Below are positions 42,784 to 54,177 of a DNA stretch of 64,000 bases, one piece after another (position 1 is the first letter of the stretch; each line of letters starts with the position of its first letter). Source of the stretch: Savitreella phatthalungensis (taxonomy: Eukaryota); assembly GCA_051599415.1 (NCBI GenBank), contig AP039689.1, positions 1 through 64,000 on the forward strand, given 5' to 3'. The translations under genes and the position numbers were made by a program. The notes under the pieces are model-generated. The model had not been told where the DNA came from and made no database searches. It saw only the letters and a list, made by a program, of their open reading frames with translations.

Positions 42784-44076
42784 TCAGTGCCCCGCCCACC
42801 TCTCCCAAACATCGACAATGACAGCTTCATCATCGAAGCTATCGACTACATGAATGTGGCGAAAATTTGCCGCGGTGATGCACATGTGCTGCGGAATTAT
42901 CAAAAGACGATCTCCTTCCACTGGGACAGACCAGGTAGCCGGTGCAGGAAATTTGCCCTTTCTCAATGTCTCCGACAAATTGGGTGCGATGGCAAGGATA
43001 CCATGTTCTTGCGAGATACGCGTGACAACCCAGCGTCCGTCTTCGGAAAGTCCATATCCTGGAATCGGTCCGGTTTCCCTTGCAAGGCCAAGACAGCCAG
43101 CATCGATCAGTAGTTCATCGGGGCAAATGTCTGGCTCATCCGCCTCTGCGCTGGATAGAGCCCCAGTCGTCACAGCGCGATTAGGATAATGTGAGAGGAC
43201 CTCAGTCAGTACGCGGCCAGCGATTTGATCAACGGTCAAGAGGCCGGTGGCGAGCTGCTGAAGGTCATTGAATGCATAACAACCAGCGTGTATTTCAATT
43301 TCGTCTGGGCCTTTGGCGATCTGTCGGTGTTGCAGGATCTCAAAGGCGCGCGCGGTCGGGGTTGCGCCGACACTGAGGACAAATTTGAGGTCAGAACGAA
43401 GCTGGCGCGCAATAGATGCTGCGGCTTGGACGCTACTGATCTCTGTCTCGAGCATTGCTGCGGCTTGCTCGAGCGACCGTGAGCCGTACGAGTGGCCAGC
43501 GTGGCTGTAAAAGCCGTAGAGCTCGATAGTTTGGACACACAGCTTTGAAGTGAGCAGATATGCAATCAACTTTTCGAGGGATGTGCCAGCAACTCCTGCA
43601 CGATGAGTACCACAATCGATCTTGATCATAACGCTGACTGGTACCTCGATCCCGAGCTTGGCGACTTCCTCCGCCAGAAATTGAGCTTGCGTGACTGAAT
43701 CACATAGAAATCGCAGTTTGAAGCGAGATCTTTTGTCCAGTAAGTACCGCTGCATCAGCCGCCTCGCCTTCGCACGACCGGGTGGGATGCCATACAGGAT
43801 GTCCTTCACGAGGCCCTCATCGACAAGCTCACACAGGCCCTCGATCTCCTGCAACGTTGAACAGACTACTCTACCGTCACGGTTATCCTGAAGCTGAAGC
43901 CGAGTGCCCTGAACAGTCTTGTGCGTCTTAACGTGCGGACGGAATGCTACTCCAGCAGAGTTGATTGCACTCAGCATAGCCTTGCAATTCGCTTCGACTA
44001 CCGTCCGATCCACGACGACAATGGGCGTGACGGGCACATCGAGTAGCTTTGTCCCGATCAGATCTGCCGCACTCAT
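42784..44076 (-). CDS. DSD1: D-serine dehydratase (fold-type III PLP enzyme)
   Basis: FRPHVKTHKT (PLP Lys), KIDCGTHRAGV, FYSHAGHSY, SVGATPT, SQEHG and IPQHMCIT. Confidence 0.88.
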   Translation of the reverse strand: MSAADLIGTKLLDVPVTPIVVVDRTVVEANCKAMLSAINSAGVAFRPHVKTHKTVQGTRLQLQDNRDGRVVCSTLQEIEGLCELVDEGLVKDILYGIPPGRAKARRLMQRYLLDKRSRFKLRFLCDSVTQAQFLAEEVAKLGIEVPVSVMIKIDCGTHRAGVAGTSLEKLIAYLLTSKLCVQTIELYGFYSHAGHSYGSRSLEQAAAMLETEISSVQAAASIARQLRSDLKFVLSVGATPTARAFEILQHRQIAKGPDEIEIHAGCYAFNDLQQLATGLLTVDQIAGRVLTEVLSHYPNRAVTTGALSSAEADEPDICPDELLIDAGCLGLARETGPIPGYGLSEDGRWVVTRISQEHGILAIAPNLSETLRKGKFPAPATWSVPVEGDRLLIIPQHMCITAANFRHIHVVDSFDDEAVIVDVWERWAGH

Positions 44077-44466
44077 TGTAGCACTCACAAACCCTGTGCT
44101 GAAGAGACTCCACGAACAATCTTATGATCACCGCACATGGTTTCAGTCGAGTCGTTTCTCGAGCCGCTGTAAAGGCTCACCGGGCAAATTCGTGTTGTTA
44201 CCACAGAGTCTCTGACCTGACCGCACCTCAGGGTGGTCTGGCTGCATCGGTTGGAATATGGATATCAAATGTAGCCACTTGTCACGTGCAATTATGCACC
44301 GGAATCGCCATCACGTCCATACCGTTATTTCGTGAGTTGGACTCGTGGTATGCATTTCTAACCGCCATCGCTATAGTGTTTACGAAGGATAAATGAATGG
44401 AACGCAGGGTGAGTAGTCATTATCGTGAGTCATGCCGGTCATCAGCTCTCAGCATGCGCGCTGATG

Positions 44467-46788
44467 TCAGTTGCTCTGTTGCTTGAAGTCGAGCAAGGTG
44501 GTCAGCTGTTCTTGAGCGCAGGCCTGCTGGAAGAAGTCGCATTGTAGTAGCTCGTCGGCAGAAGACCGAGCTTGAGCCTGAACGCACAAGCAGTCCGCCA
44601 AGAATTGCTTGAGCTCTTTGGAAAGCTTTTCTGGTTGTTTCAGCTTCGGTGTGCCGTGTGTTGCGATCAGGTATAGCGCCTTCAAGGGCTCTTCGTCCAG
44701 ATAGGGAGGTTCATTCTCAATCATTTCGATCGCCATGATGCCGAGAGACCAGACGTCCACCTTTGCACCGTACTGTTTCTGCTTGACGACCTCCGGGGCC
44801 ATCCAGTAGGGCGTGCCGACCATGGTAGCTCGCTTATTCTTCTGCTCTGTGAGCTTGGCGCAGAAGCCGAAGTCTGTGATTTTGACGCGGCCATGGCGGT
44901 CGAGCAGGACGTTGTCAGACTTGATGTCCCGATGGATGATGTTCCGAGAGTGCAGATGTGCCAGACCTGCACACGTCTCTCGGCAGATGCGAGCAATTTG
45001 TGGTTCTGCAAGAGTATTGTTGTCAATCACATCCGTTAGCGCCCCGCCCTGCATATACTCCATCACCACCCAGAGCTCACCATTCCGCAGATAGCTGTCG
45101 AGGAAATTGACAATGTTTGCGTGCTTGGACTCCTTCATGACGAGGATCTCATTGACGATTAACTCCTTGCGCGGTTGTTGGGCGAGATCCATCTGCTTGA
45201 TTGCGACTTTGGAGCCTTCCACGGGCAGTTCGTCGCGAATCCGTACAACCACCTTGGCAACATAAACACTTCCGCTGGCGCCCTGGCCGACCTTTTTCAG
45301 CTTTTGATATAGACCATTTGGATCTCCAGACGACACTACCTGACGTAAGCGCTCCATGATCTGAGCCTCGCTCATGGCTGAGATGCGCTTGTCCTCGCCA
45401 CGGCGGACCGTGGCAACAGTTGGTGTAGCGGCAGCAGCAGCGGCCGATTCAGCATTGATACGTGGCTTCGCGTCAGCAACAATCTTCGTCGGCGATACTA
45501 TCTTCGCTGGCGGTAGTGCCTTCTGCTCAGACTTTGTCAAAGCATCACTGACCGTGCCTTCTGATGCTGGTTTTTTCACAAGGGGAGGTGCACCTATTCT
45601 TGCTTCGATTGTCGGACCTGCATTGACAAGGGCTCCTTTCGCTGTTGCGATTCGAGGGGCTGTAGGAGCCTGCCTGTTTGCATGCATCGGACTTGTCGCC
45701 TGTAGCGGTCGAGGCAAGGTCGCGTTGAAGGCTGGGGGTCCTCCAGAGGATGTTGTGCTCTCTGGAATATTTCTTCCGTTCATAGACGAGGCGACCGCTG
45801 CAGCCGCGGCTGCACCGGCTCCAGGGTGCACTGCGCGACTTGCTGCTATTCCGCCCGAGCTTGACGGAGGTGAGGCTGTGCGCAACGTGCGTAAGGCCGG
45901 TGGCGCCGGTGCTGGTCGGGACGCTGCGAGCGAGGTGCCTGGAAGCGCTCTATCCTGGAGCTTCTCGTTTCTTTGAACGTTCAGCGGCGGGGAAGGGGCT
46001 TTACGAGGGGGCGTGATTTGCCTCTGCATCGGCGGCGCTACGTCACCGGGGCTGTACGCTCCCTGGTTGGAGTTGTCGCGAGACATTGTCGGCGTCGGCG
46101 CCTGTGAGACTGCACGCAAGTCGTGCATGGCATCCAGCTTCCTGTTCTTCTGGTAAAAGTCCAGAACCTCGAGCACGGCCTGTGGATTTTTGGCGTAGTC
46201 CTCGCGCGTGATAGCTGATGTCTTCAGCAGGCGACTCCACTCATCTGGCAATCCGGTAAATCCGCCGCTGGCAGCATCAAACCCGACATGAACCTTGTGA
46301 CGAAAATTCGTAGGGCTTGAGACACCGAGCAAAGGGCAGCGTGTGTAGATTTCGTCCATCCAGCTTGTCAATTCGCTGTCGGTCTTCAGGGATATGGCGT
46401 AGCATCGTTGTGTGCCACCCCCTGTCTCCCGAGTGAGTTCAAATACGAAATGCTTGCTGTCGGCGCGCGAGACGGCGCTGATCTCTCGCAGCGGAATCTG
46501 GAATGCAAGCGTGCCAGTCACATCATTGCGCATAAAGTTTAGCGACGTCTCCCGAAGCACAAGATACTTCTTTGTCCAGATCCAGGATTTCAAGCCATCC
46601 TCCTTGATCGAGGCCCATCCACGTTTGAGTACTTTGTTCAGACCCAGGTAGTTCTGCGAGGATGGATTGCTCGTGGGCAACGAAATCGAAGCCTTGGAGA
46701 TTGTGTGCTGATGCATCGTCGGCAAGGAATTGCCGTGCGCACTCGGTGGCCTCAGATCTGTCAGCACGGAAGAGTCGCGTCCGAACAT
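44467..46788 (-). CDS. CLA4: PAK kinase with PH and CRIB domains (Cla4/Shk2-type)
   Basis: PH domain (WTKKYLVLRE), CRIB (VSSPTNFRHKVHVGFD) and kinase motifs (GQGASG, HRDIKSDN, DFG, GTPYWMAPE). Confidence 0.93.
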   Translation of the reverse strand: MFGRDSSVLTDLRPPSAHGNSLPTMHQHTISKASISLPTSNPSSQNYLGLNKVLKRGWASIKEDGLKSWIWTKKYLVLRETSLNFMRNDVTGTLAFQIPLREISAVSRADSKHFVFELTRETGGGTQRCYAISLKTDSELTSWMDEIYTRCPLLGVSSPTNFRHKVHVGFDAASGGFTGLPDEWSRLLKTSAITREDYAKNPQAVLEVLDFYQKNRKLDAMHDLRAVSQAPTPTMSRDNSNQGAYSPGDVAPPMQRQITPPRKAPSPPLNVQRNEKLQDRALPGTSLAASRPAPAPPALRTLRTASPPSSSGGIAASRAVHPGAGAAAAAAVASSMNGRNIPESTTSSGGPPAFNATLPRPLQATSPMHANRQAPTAPRIATAKGALVNAGPTIEARIGAPPLVKKPASEGTVSDALTKSEQKALPPAKIVSPTKIVADAKPRINAESAAAAAATPTVATVRRGEDKRISAMSEAQIMERLRQVVSSGDPNGLYQKLKKVGQGASGSVYVAKVVVRIRDELPVEGSKVAIKQMDLAQQPRKELIVNEILVMKESKHANIVNFLDSYLRNGELWVVMEYMQGGALTDVIDNNTLAEPQIARICRETCAGLAHLHSRNIIHRDIKSDNVLLDRHGRVKITDFGFCAKLTEQKNKRATMVGTPYWMAPEVVKQKQYGAKVDVWSLGIMAIEMIENEPPYLDEEPLKALYLIATHGTPKLKQPEKLSKELKQFLADCLCVQAQARSSADELLQCDFFQQACAQEQLTTLLDFKQQSN

Positions 46789-48184
46789 CCTGGTCAGGGC
46801 CCGATTTTGTATGATTGGGACTGTGGGACTGTAGGTGTAGGCTGCACCGATCGGCGGAATGACAATGCGAGAGCGTTGCGTTTGCGCGCGCGCGTTGACT
46901 GTATTGACTGAAGCTTATTATCTTGCGTGAAACGTGGAAGGCGACAGGCGTGGAATGCGTGCGAGAGCGAGAATGAGCGCGTGCCAACTGTTATAACGTC
47001 CGAGCTTGAAAAGCGTTTATAAAGATGCAACGCAAAACTCGAATGCCATGAGTGACTCGAGGAATCGAGCGTCACGGCGACTTATGAGACTCGACATGCA
47101 GCGCTCAGCACAATCAAGGACTCGTGCGACTCATGACGCGAACGACCTGCACGGACGGTGGTCCAAGCACAGGAGTCTACTCCTTGCACGACACAAGTGA
47201 CGCCTATGAGCAGGAGGTCATTGAACAAACATTCTTGAATCTCTCGTGATTGGCTAAATCTGGATGGAAGGAGGCCTGAAAGGAGTATATCTAATCCGAG
47301 TGTCATTGTGATGCCTGAGACTGACCATAGTTCGATGGTTTGCCCAAGCAGGTCAGGTTCAAGTCATACTTGGAGTCCATCAAGTGGCTACGATAAATGG
47401 TTATCATTGGACGCCAACATTAATTACAAAGGAGAGAATGTTTTGAGATTGAGGGAGACATAAAATCTGTCGTATCAGACTAAATAAATGTCTGAGGCCA
47501 GTTCAATGGAGGTCAAATCCTCAATCAACTAAAGTCTCAGACAATCTGCATATCTGACTAGACTATCAGGCTCGAGCACTCGATCTTCCATGATCCTCAA
47601 TTAAGTATCAGTACAGTCGTTGCATGCACGTACGCCAATCGAGTCACCGAATGAACTGGACTTTCCCCGGACTGGAACACGTGATGGAGGTCTCTCCATA
47701 CAATGATGGCCCATCGTTACGGCTGTCAGTCTACAAGGCAAATCGCCTGTATGCTGAATTATGGAGGCACGCGCGTTGCATATCCTATTCCATCTCCGCT
47801 GAGCATGAGAGAATAGCAGCATCTTGAAGACCGTAGACACTGCAGTCTTCTTGTGCCCTGGCTACATGCGTGTTTTGTCATGCGCTAGAGTGTAGAAATT
47901 TGTCAGCTCGTTTGCTGCCTCAATTGCAACTCTGTCGAGAACAGTGGCGAAGGAGTGTCTCTAGAGATCAATGCTGCTGCTGCTGCCGTAAGAGCACACT
48001 GTGACTGTCATCGTTTCGACCCAAGAGCGTATCAGCTAGACACCACGCACTTCAAACATTCGACACGACACTTGGTGCGTTCGACCTTCGGTTGTAAATA
48101 TTGCGCGCCTGCTGCCGTGTATCGGTGGCAGATCATTGAGTAGCACGTTAAGAATTTACGACCTGGGATAGCATTTGGCTCGCA

Positions 48185-49709
48185 ATGAGGATCAGCCACT
48201 CTTGTTTGTCCTGTGCAAAGCGTAAACGTGGATGGTAAGCACTGAAGATCAGGACGACTGGCCGAACGCATGCTGACATTGACAAGTGATCTTACCAAGC
48301 CGGCGTGCAAACGTTGCGTCAAGCTCGGTATTGAATGTGATTGGCCTTCACGGAGCCGGAAGCAAGGACAGCTCGGCGCGAATTTCCGTCTGGCAAGCGT
48401 GACTGCGGCCTTCGAGTGGGCAGGCGCTTACTCGGACACTCGGCTTCAAGGTCTCTCACTTGACGCGCCTCCAGTCGTGCAGCGAAGACAGACGGTCGAG
48501 GACATCATTTTGGCTGAACCTCTGCAGTCATCAGTGACTTACTCAGCTGATCAGCTCGCGATTCACGACCCGGCGTCTTCTCTGGATGCTGAACAACATC
48601 AAGCATCTCAGATGCTGTACTCAATCGAGCCAGCAGCGATTCGCTATCTGCGTCCCTTCATGGATTACTTTTGTCGCAAAGATGCGGCGAGCTCAATTCT
48701 CGTCGGTGGTGAAAGGGTGTGGAAAGGGGCGACAGACCTGCTCATTGGTGCACCTGATGGTTCGGGGAATGCCGTGCTTGCTGCGGCTTCGGCTTTCGCT
48801 TTCACCCGCTATCGTGACCGCAATGCTGAGCTCGACTTCGTCCACTACTACAGTGCAGGCGTATGCGCAGTGCAGGCTAAAATCTCAGCCGAACGAGATA
48901 TTGTCAAGCCAACGACTGTTATTGGTGTGCTTTTGCTGCTCACTTGTGAATGCATCGTTGGTCAACTGGCGGCTTACAAGGCTCATCTGGCTGCCTTGAC
49001 TTTCATGATTATCAAATGCGGCCCGAGAGGGTGCAGACGCGAGCCGCTGCTAGCGAACTTGTTGTTCGCAATCCTGCCTGTGGTGATGCAGGATTGCATG
49101 CTGCGCAAAGTCGATTCACCTTTCGCGAGTCGAGAATGGCGCGAATACTTCCTCAGTGCTTCCGACCCTATCGCAACGGCTGTCGGCAAATTCATCGTTG
49201 TCTTCGCTGATTGCTGCCGATGTGTTGCGATACAGGTCCAGCTTGCAGCCAAGCTTGATCCCTCGGATGAGAGACGGACATCGAACGTCGTTCGCGCATT
49301 GCAGCTCCATCAGCAGCTTTCTCAAATGGAATTTACCTTATTCGCGAGTGCTTCCCGAGCGCCTGTACCAGCGGACGTTATTGAGGCTCTTTGCGCTTCG
49401 CCAATACAGCCTGTGATGGCTTTCCATACCGGATGGCGGCTGAATTTGACCAGTCGGGTCATTTGTTATCGACTGAGGCTTGAGCAGACGTTTGGAATAC
49501 CGAGCATGACTCTACTTGACGATGGCGTGCGCCTGTTACAGATCGCTCAGTACGTGGCGGTTACATGTCATGACAGTGGGTCACTTCTGATGCAGGTCGT
49601 TCCGTTGCGATTGCTGCAGGAGTTTCTTGGTTCATCGTTGCCACCAGCATGGGCGGATTGGATCTACTGGATTCAAGAATCAATTCGAGCGGCAGGTTTT
49701 GGTCTTTAG
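48185..49709 (+). CDS. Zn(II)2Cys6 fungal transcription factor; exons 48185-48234 and 48287-49709
   Basis: Intron GTAAGC..GCTGAC..AAG (48235-48286) restores CLSCAKRKRGCDLTKPACKRCVKLGIEC. Confidence 0.88.
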
Positions 49710-49728
49710 GATAGCCATGATGCTTTAC

Positions 49729-50547
49729 TCATCTCAGCGACTCCGTTTCAATCCTTTCATCGACTCTGTCATGATATGAGTCGTTCTCGATATCTCGACT
49801 TGCAAGCTCGAAGCGTGCCGCAATCTTCATGGTACGTTTGTAGATGAGGAAGCCGGTGACGACACCCAAAACTACGCCGGCAAGTGCGCTGCCAGCATTG
49901 AGCCAAAATGCTCGCGGGTCATTACCCTGATCCTCCGTCATGGAGGCGAGACGTGAGCCGATGAAAACGTGTAGAAGCAAGCGTGGCGAGGCGGAAAGTG
50001 TTGCGAAGACGAAGCTCGGCAGTGATACGCTTGGAATCGTACTTAGAGCCGCGTTGCTCAAAGAGAATGGCAATGGACAGAAGCGAATCATGATCAAGAG
50101 TTTCCGTCCTGGAGAGCCCGCTAAAGCCTCTGTCAGCGCTCGGAAGTGCGGGTTGTCGCTCGTGAGCTTGATTGCATACGAGCTCAGAAACCAACGATAT
50201 AGTACGAATGCCGCGCAGGCACCGATAGTGCTTCCGACGACAGCGACGAGGAAGCCGAACCCAACTCCGAAGAAGAAGCCAGCGAGGGTAACGGAAGTCG
50301 CAAAGCCGACAAAAGGGGGTACGGAGACTACCGCAATCGCGGAAGCGATATAGATCCATTTCCAGGAGGATTTACGAAGCTCGTGCTTCAATGGCTCCAC
50401 CCAAGCGAGCAGCTGTTGATGATATTCTGCCAGAACAAATGTGAGAAGGATAGCCAGAGTCAAAAACACGGCTGCATAGACGCGCTGAAGCAAGGAAAGC
50501 GACGAGAGGAATCTGAGCAGACTTCGGACTCGTTCTTTCAGAGTCAT
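49729..50547 (-). CDS. TVP38: Tvp38/DedA (SNARE-associated Golgi) membrane protein
   Basis: SVPPFVGF, MIRFCPLPFSLSN and LHVFIGSRL; multi-TM. Confidence 0.88.
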   Translation of the reverse strand: MTLKERVRSLLRFLSSLSLLQRVYAAVFLTLAILLTFVLAEYHQQLLAWVEPLKHELRKSSWKWIYIASAIAVVSVPPFVGFATSVTLAGFFFGVGFGFLVAVVGSTIGACAAFVLYRWFLSSYAIKLTSDNPHFRALTEALAGSPGRKLLIMIRFCPLPFSLSNAALSTIPSVSLPSFVFATLSASPRLLLHVFIGSRLASMTEDQGNDPRAFWLNAGSALAGVVLGVVTGFLIYKRTMKIAARFELASRDIENDSYHDRVDERIETESLR

Positions 50548-51208
50548 CGCGATCCTATCCGTGTCCTTTGCCTATACTGTCTGGCAAACGACGAGGCAAG
50601 AAAAATGGACCCAGGATAGTGGTCCGCTATAATGGCTGTATGACCCACGGATGACATGATCCGGACGTTGTCTCAATCGCGGAGCCGTTTCCTTCGCTCC
50701 ACCACCATCCAGCCGACCTGGGGTTACTGCATCAATTGCTGTGAGCAGTACTGTAGAAATTGATGACGCAGTCAGTCTTGATAGACGGCAAACAATTGCT
50801 CGAAAAGTGATCAATTGATACTGTACGTACTATACAGCCAAAGACTAGACACTGTCGTGGTGCGGATGTCGGATATTTGAGTCGGATATTTGAGTTGGCT
50901 TTTGAGGTCATTCTTGGACCCCGGCGAGACCACAGGATCACCTCAGTTTTGCCTGAGCACATTCGACGTCCTGACGACCGGAGCATATGCAGGCTGCGGC
51001 CCACAGTAACGCAAGCCATGCCCAGACAATAGTAATCCTCGTCTGCTTCGAATAGAGAGCTAGGCGAAATAGATCCTTTGGTACTCCAGAGTCGGCGTTC
51101 CGGATTCACTCATACGTCCTTGATCCTACTCGGGAACTGCGGTGGCAAAATTTACATTCCTCCGCGGGACAGGAACCTTGTCTAGACTGACACCTCTGTG
51201 GCTCAACG

Positions 51209-52279
51209 ATGCTGATTCTGCATGATCCGACGACCCTCGAGCACAAGACGGTTGAACTGCTCGGTAGCAGACTGATCGACGCACTAGAGAGTCCCGAAAG
51301 ACTGATCGCTATAATCGAAGCAGTGCGAGGTTCGCACGATTTGCAAACCATAAACAGTGACATTTCCATTGTCCGTGAAGCTCTACGAAAGACGCACGAC
51401 CACGCATACCTTGACCACCTTGAGACTGCGTATGCGGAATGGCGGGCGGCCGGAGCACTTGAGGCCGATGGCACGGTCCTTCCTGAGTGCTTCCCATACT
51501 TGCTTGGGTGCAGCCGGCCGAAGGACATGTTCGGCCGGGCCGGCTATTATGCCTTCGACATGAGCAGTGGCATAGGTCGGAACACATTTCCAGCAGCTCT
51601 AGCATCGGCAGGTCTCGCATTGCAAGCTGCACAGAGCTTCCTCGAGACTGGACGGAGTTGCTTCGCGCTGTGCCGTCCTCCTGGCCATCACTGCGATTCT
51701 AGCAGAGCCGGAGGATATTGCTATGTCAACAATGCCGTGGTGGCCACGGAATTTCTCCTGCAGACGGTAGCTCGCGTCACAATTCTCGATCTAGACTTCC
51801 ATCATGGCAATGGCACGCAGACCTATTTCTATGAGCGAGCGGACGTGCGCTACATCAGTATTCACGGACAAGATGAATATCCGTACTATACTGGAGCTGA
51901 GGATGAAATTGGTCGTGGTGATGGTCGGGGCGAGAATTTCAATTTGCCACTCCCTGCTGGAGCATCGAAGCTGGCCTATCTGGCAGCCCTAGATATCGCG
52001 CTCCGTAACGTTGTGCCAAATTGCCCGCTCGTGATCTCCTTGGGTTTCGACACGTTTGAGCTCGATCCTATCGGCCATTTTAAGCTTGCGACAGATGCTT
52101 ACGAAGACATCGGCAGGCAGATAGGCAAATCTGTCGGATCAGCCATCATCCTTCTCGAGGGTGGTTATGTGGTGGAGCGGCTGGGGGCAAATGTCATAGC
52201 ATGGCTGCGTGGTTTCGAGCAAGCTATCGACGTTCGACGAACCACTGCTTGCCGACCTGCTGACGTCGTGCAAACTTGA
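51209..52279 (+). CDS. Arginase/HDAC-fold deacetylase, acetylpolyamine amidohydrolase-like
   Basis: ESPERL, CRPPGHH, GGYCYVNN, LDLDFHHGNGTQ, SLGFDT..DP and LEGGY. Confidence 0.88.
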   Translation: MLILHDPTTLEHKTVELLGSRLIDALESPERLIAIIEAVRGSHDLQTINSDISIVREALRKTHDHAYLDHLETAYAEWRAAGALEADGTVLPECFPYLLGCSRPKDMFGRAGYYAFDMSSGIGRNTFPAALASAGLALQAAQSFLETGRSCFALCRPPGHHCDSSRAGGYCYVNNAVVATEFLLQTVARVTILDLDFHHGNGTQTYFYERADVRYISIHGQDEYPYYTGAEDEIGRGDGRGENFNLPLPAGASKLAYLAALDIALRNVVPNCPLVISLGFDTFELDPIGHFKLATDAYEDIGRQIGKSVGSAIILLEGGYVVERLGANVIAWLRGFEQAIDVRRTTACRPADVVQT

Positions 52280-53132
52280 CGCCGCCACCGGCAGCGACGA
52301 AGGCCTCTTCAGACCAACGGCTGTGAAGGTCGAACAGCTGCTCGGCGCGGGTTTTGGGCTGGTCGCTCAGCACGGGTTTCCCGATGATCATATCCGAGGA
52401 CGGCTGGACAATCAGATCTACAGCGTTCGCTAGCTGGCACATGCTGCGGAACTGTGCCGGACATTGCTCGCGCCAGGTGAGCAGAAATCGCGTTGGCGTA
52501 CACGGCGAGCATTTTTCAAGCACCACCTTGGCAACCAATCTGCTGACAAAAGAGCCATCGAGGCCACCGTCATTATCTGCACATAGCAGTGTGAGCTGCG
52601 TTGCGAGCACATCATCATCGCCCGGTATCCCAGCACTGATTTCTGTCAGCGTGCTGATGGCCAATTCTTTTGAAACCTTAGCAAGGCGTTGTGGAACAAC
52701 CTCAATGATGAGGCTATCGCGCATCAAGCGTTCGAGCTCTGCGTCGCTCGCAGGGCACTTCGCCAAAAATGTGGCTTTCAGCGGACAGTCCAGTGGACCG
52801 ATTCCTTGTACGTAGTCCGGTAAGTGTTCGACAGGGCATCTGGCTTGGCTCGGCGCGGTTTCGAGCCAAGACGCGGCTTGCCCTCGAACGATCAGATGAC
52901 CGTCCTGATTGCTGGGTCTTGCCAAAAAGAGAAGTGTGTTTGATTGTCTGACCTCCCGCAGAGCAAACGTCGCAGAAGGAGTGCAAAGCACAGACGCACC
53001 TTGTCCATTTGCCTTGATTTTAAGTGTCTGACCCTGAAGAAAGAAATCCGGCTCAGCTTGAAGCAGTACCATTTGATCTGCTCCGTGAGAATCAAACAGG
53101 ACATCAGTCTGAATGGCTTGCGTCGTCGTCAT
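52224..53132 (-). CDS. DCC1: Sister chromatid cohesion protein Dcc1-like (Ctf18-RFC subunit)
   Basis: VLCTPSATFALREVRQSNTLL, PASDAEL, FLLTWREQCP and PKTRAEQLF...RW. Confidence 0.78.
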   Translation of the reverse strand: MTTTQAIQTDVLFDSHGADQMVLLQAEPDFFLQGQTLKIKANGQGASVLCTPSATFALREVRQSNTLLFLARPSNQDGHLIVRGQAASWLETAPSQARCPVEHLPDYVQGIGPLDCPLKATFLAKCPASDAELERLMRDSLIIEVVPQRLAKVSKELAISTLTEISAGIPGDDDVLATQLTLLCADNDGGLDGSFVSRLVAKVVLEKCSPCTPTRFLLTWREQCPAQFRSMCQLANAVDLIVQPSSDMIIGKPVLSDQPKTRAEQLFDLHSRWSEEAFVAAGGGVKFARRQQVGKQWFVERR

Positions 53133-54177
53133 TGTCGTCACAGAGACTGATCGCCGAAGTTGGCGGAGTTTTTGTGCAGCGAAGCGCGAAGCGCCAGGCT
53201 TGCTTTGCACAGACCAATTCAGTACAAGGAGCTCGCTGCACAGCGAGCTATCATGGAGAAGATGACCAAGTTATTAGAGTGTCGTCGTTTGAGCCTCTAA
53301 GTACCAGGATGCATGGCTGAAGTAAGGCTGATATACTCTCTCGGTCTAATCTGGCACTTACCCGTTCTTTTTAGTCCCAGCGATACTTTCGGTTGTCAAG
53401 TGAATGCGTGGGGTATCTTATATGGCAGCATGCACGATTCAAATTTTGCACATGTAAGCCTGCGTGGGCGCGTAGTGTGGCCGTCGTAGCCGCGATGTTT
53501 AGCTGTCAAGAGAAGAGTTCGCAGCAAGCCAGCAACATTATCCTCTCACATGTACACACTGACACAGACGGACCACTGGTCGACTGATCTGTCGAGCTCG
53601 TTTTACCATGCAGACAGGTCGACATTCTACCAGCTACCAGCTATGAATTAGAATTGGCCGAATCAATCCGACGCCCGAACTTCAGAGTGCTTCATGCATG
53701 CATATTAATTACTGTATCTGTTATATTCAGCACTGCAATGGATTCGAACTTCTTGGGCTATACTAATTCAAATTAATCATATATGGGTCCAATTTACCCG
53801 ACCGTGTACTATTGTATCGCGATCGAGCTCCTTAGTGAAATCTGTCTGTACATACGTACGTATATGCGTACGTACATGCAATCAAGGTGATTTTCGTATA
53901 GCTCTCACCAGCCTAGCACTATAGTCCGTCACTCTGAATTGTGACACCGATATGGACGTCAGCATTGCGTACGTAGACAGATCAATAGATGCACGCATCA
54001 ATCTAGGATTATATATGCGTACATACAGTTACGTATTTTCAGTGAAGACTTTCTCCTCGAAGCGTTCTTCAGTTCCAACGCAAATCTCGCCCATCGCCGT
54101 TGACGTCTTCGCCATTGACGACTTCGCTATTCAGTACTCAATTAGTCGAGACTTGACGATCTCGCAAGCTTGGCAAT

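Noticed and set aside
46789..48184. Small CAAX pheromone precursor ORFs in intergenic regions near STE12/PAK
   Set aside because: A manual scan found no C-aliphatic-aliphatic-X-stop ORF; the scan was not exhaustive.
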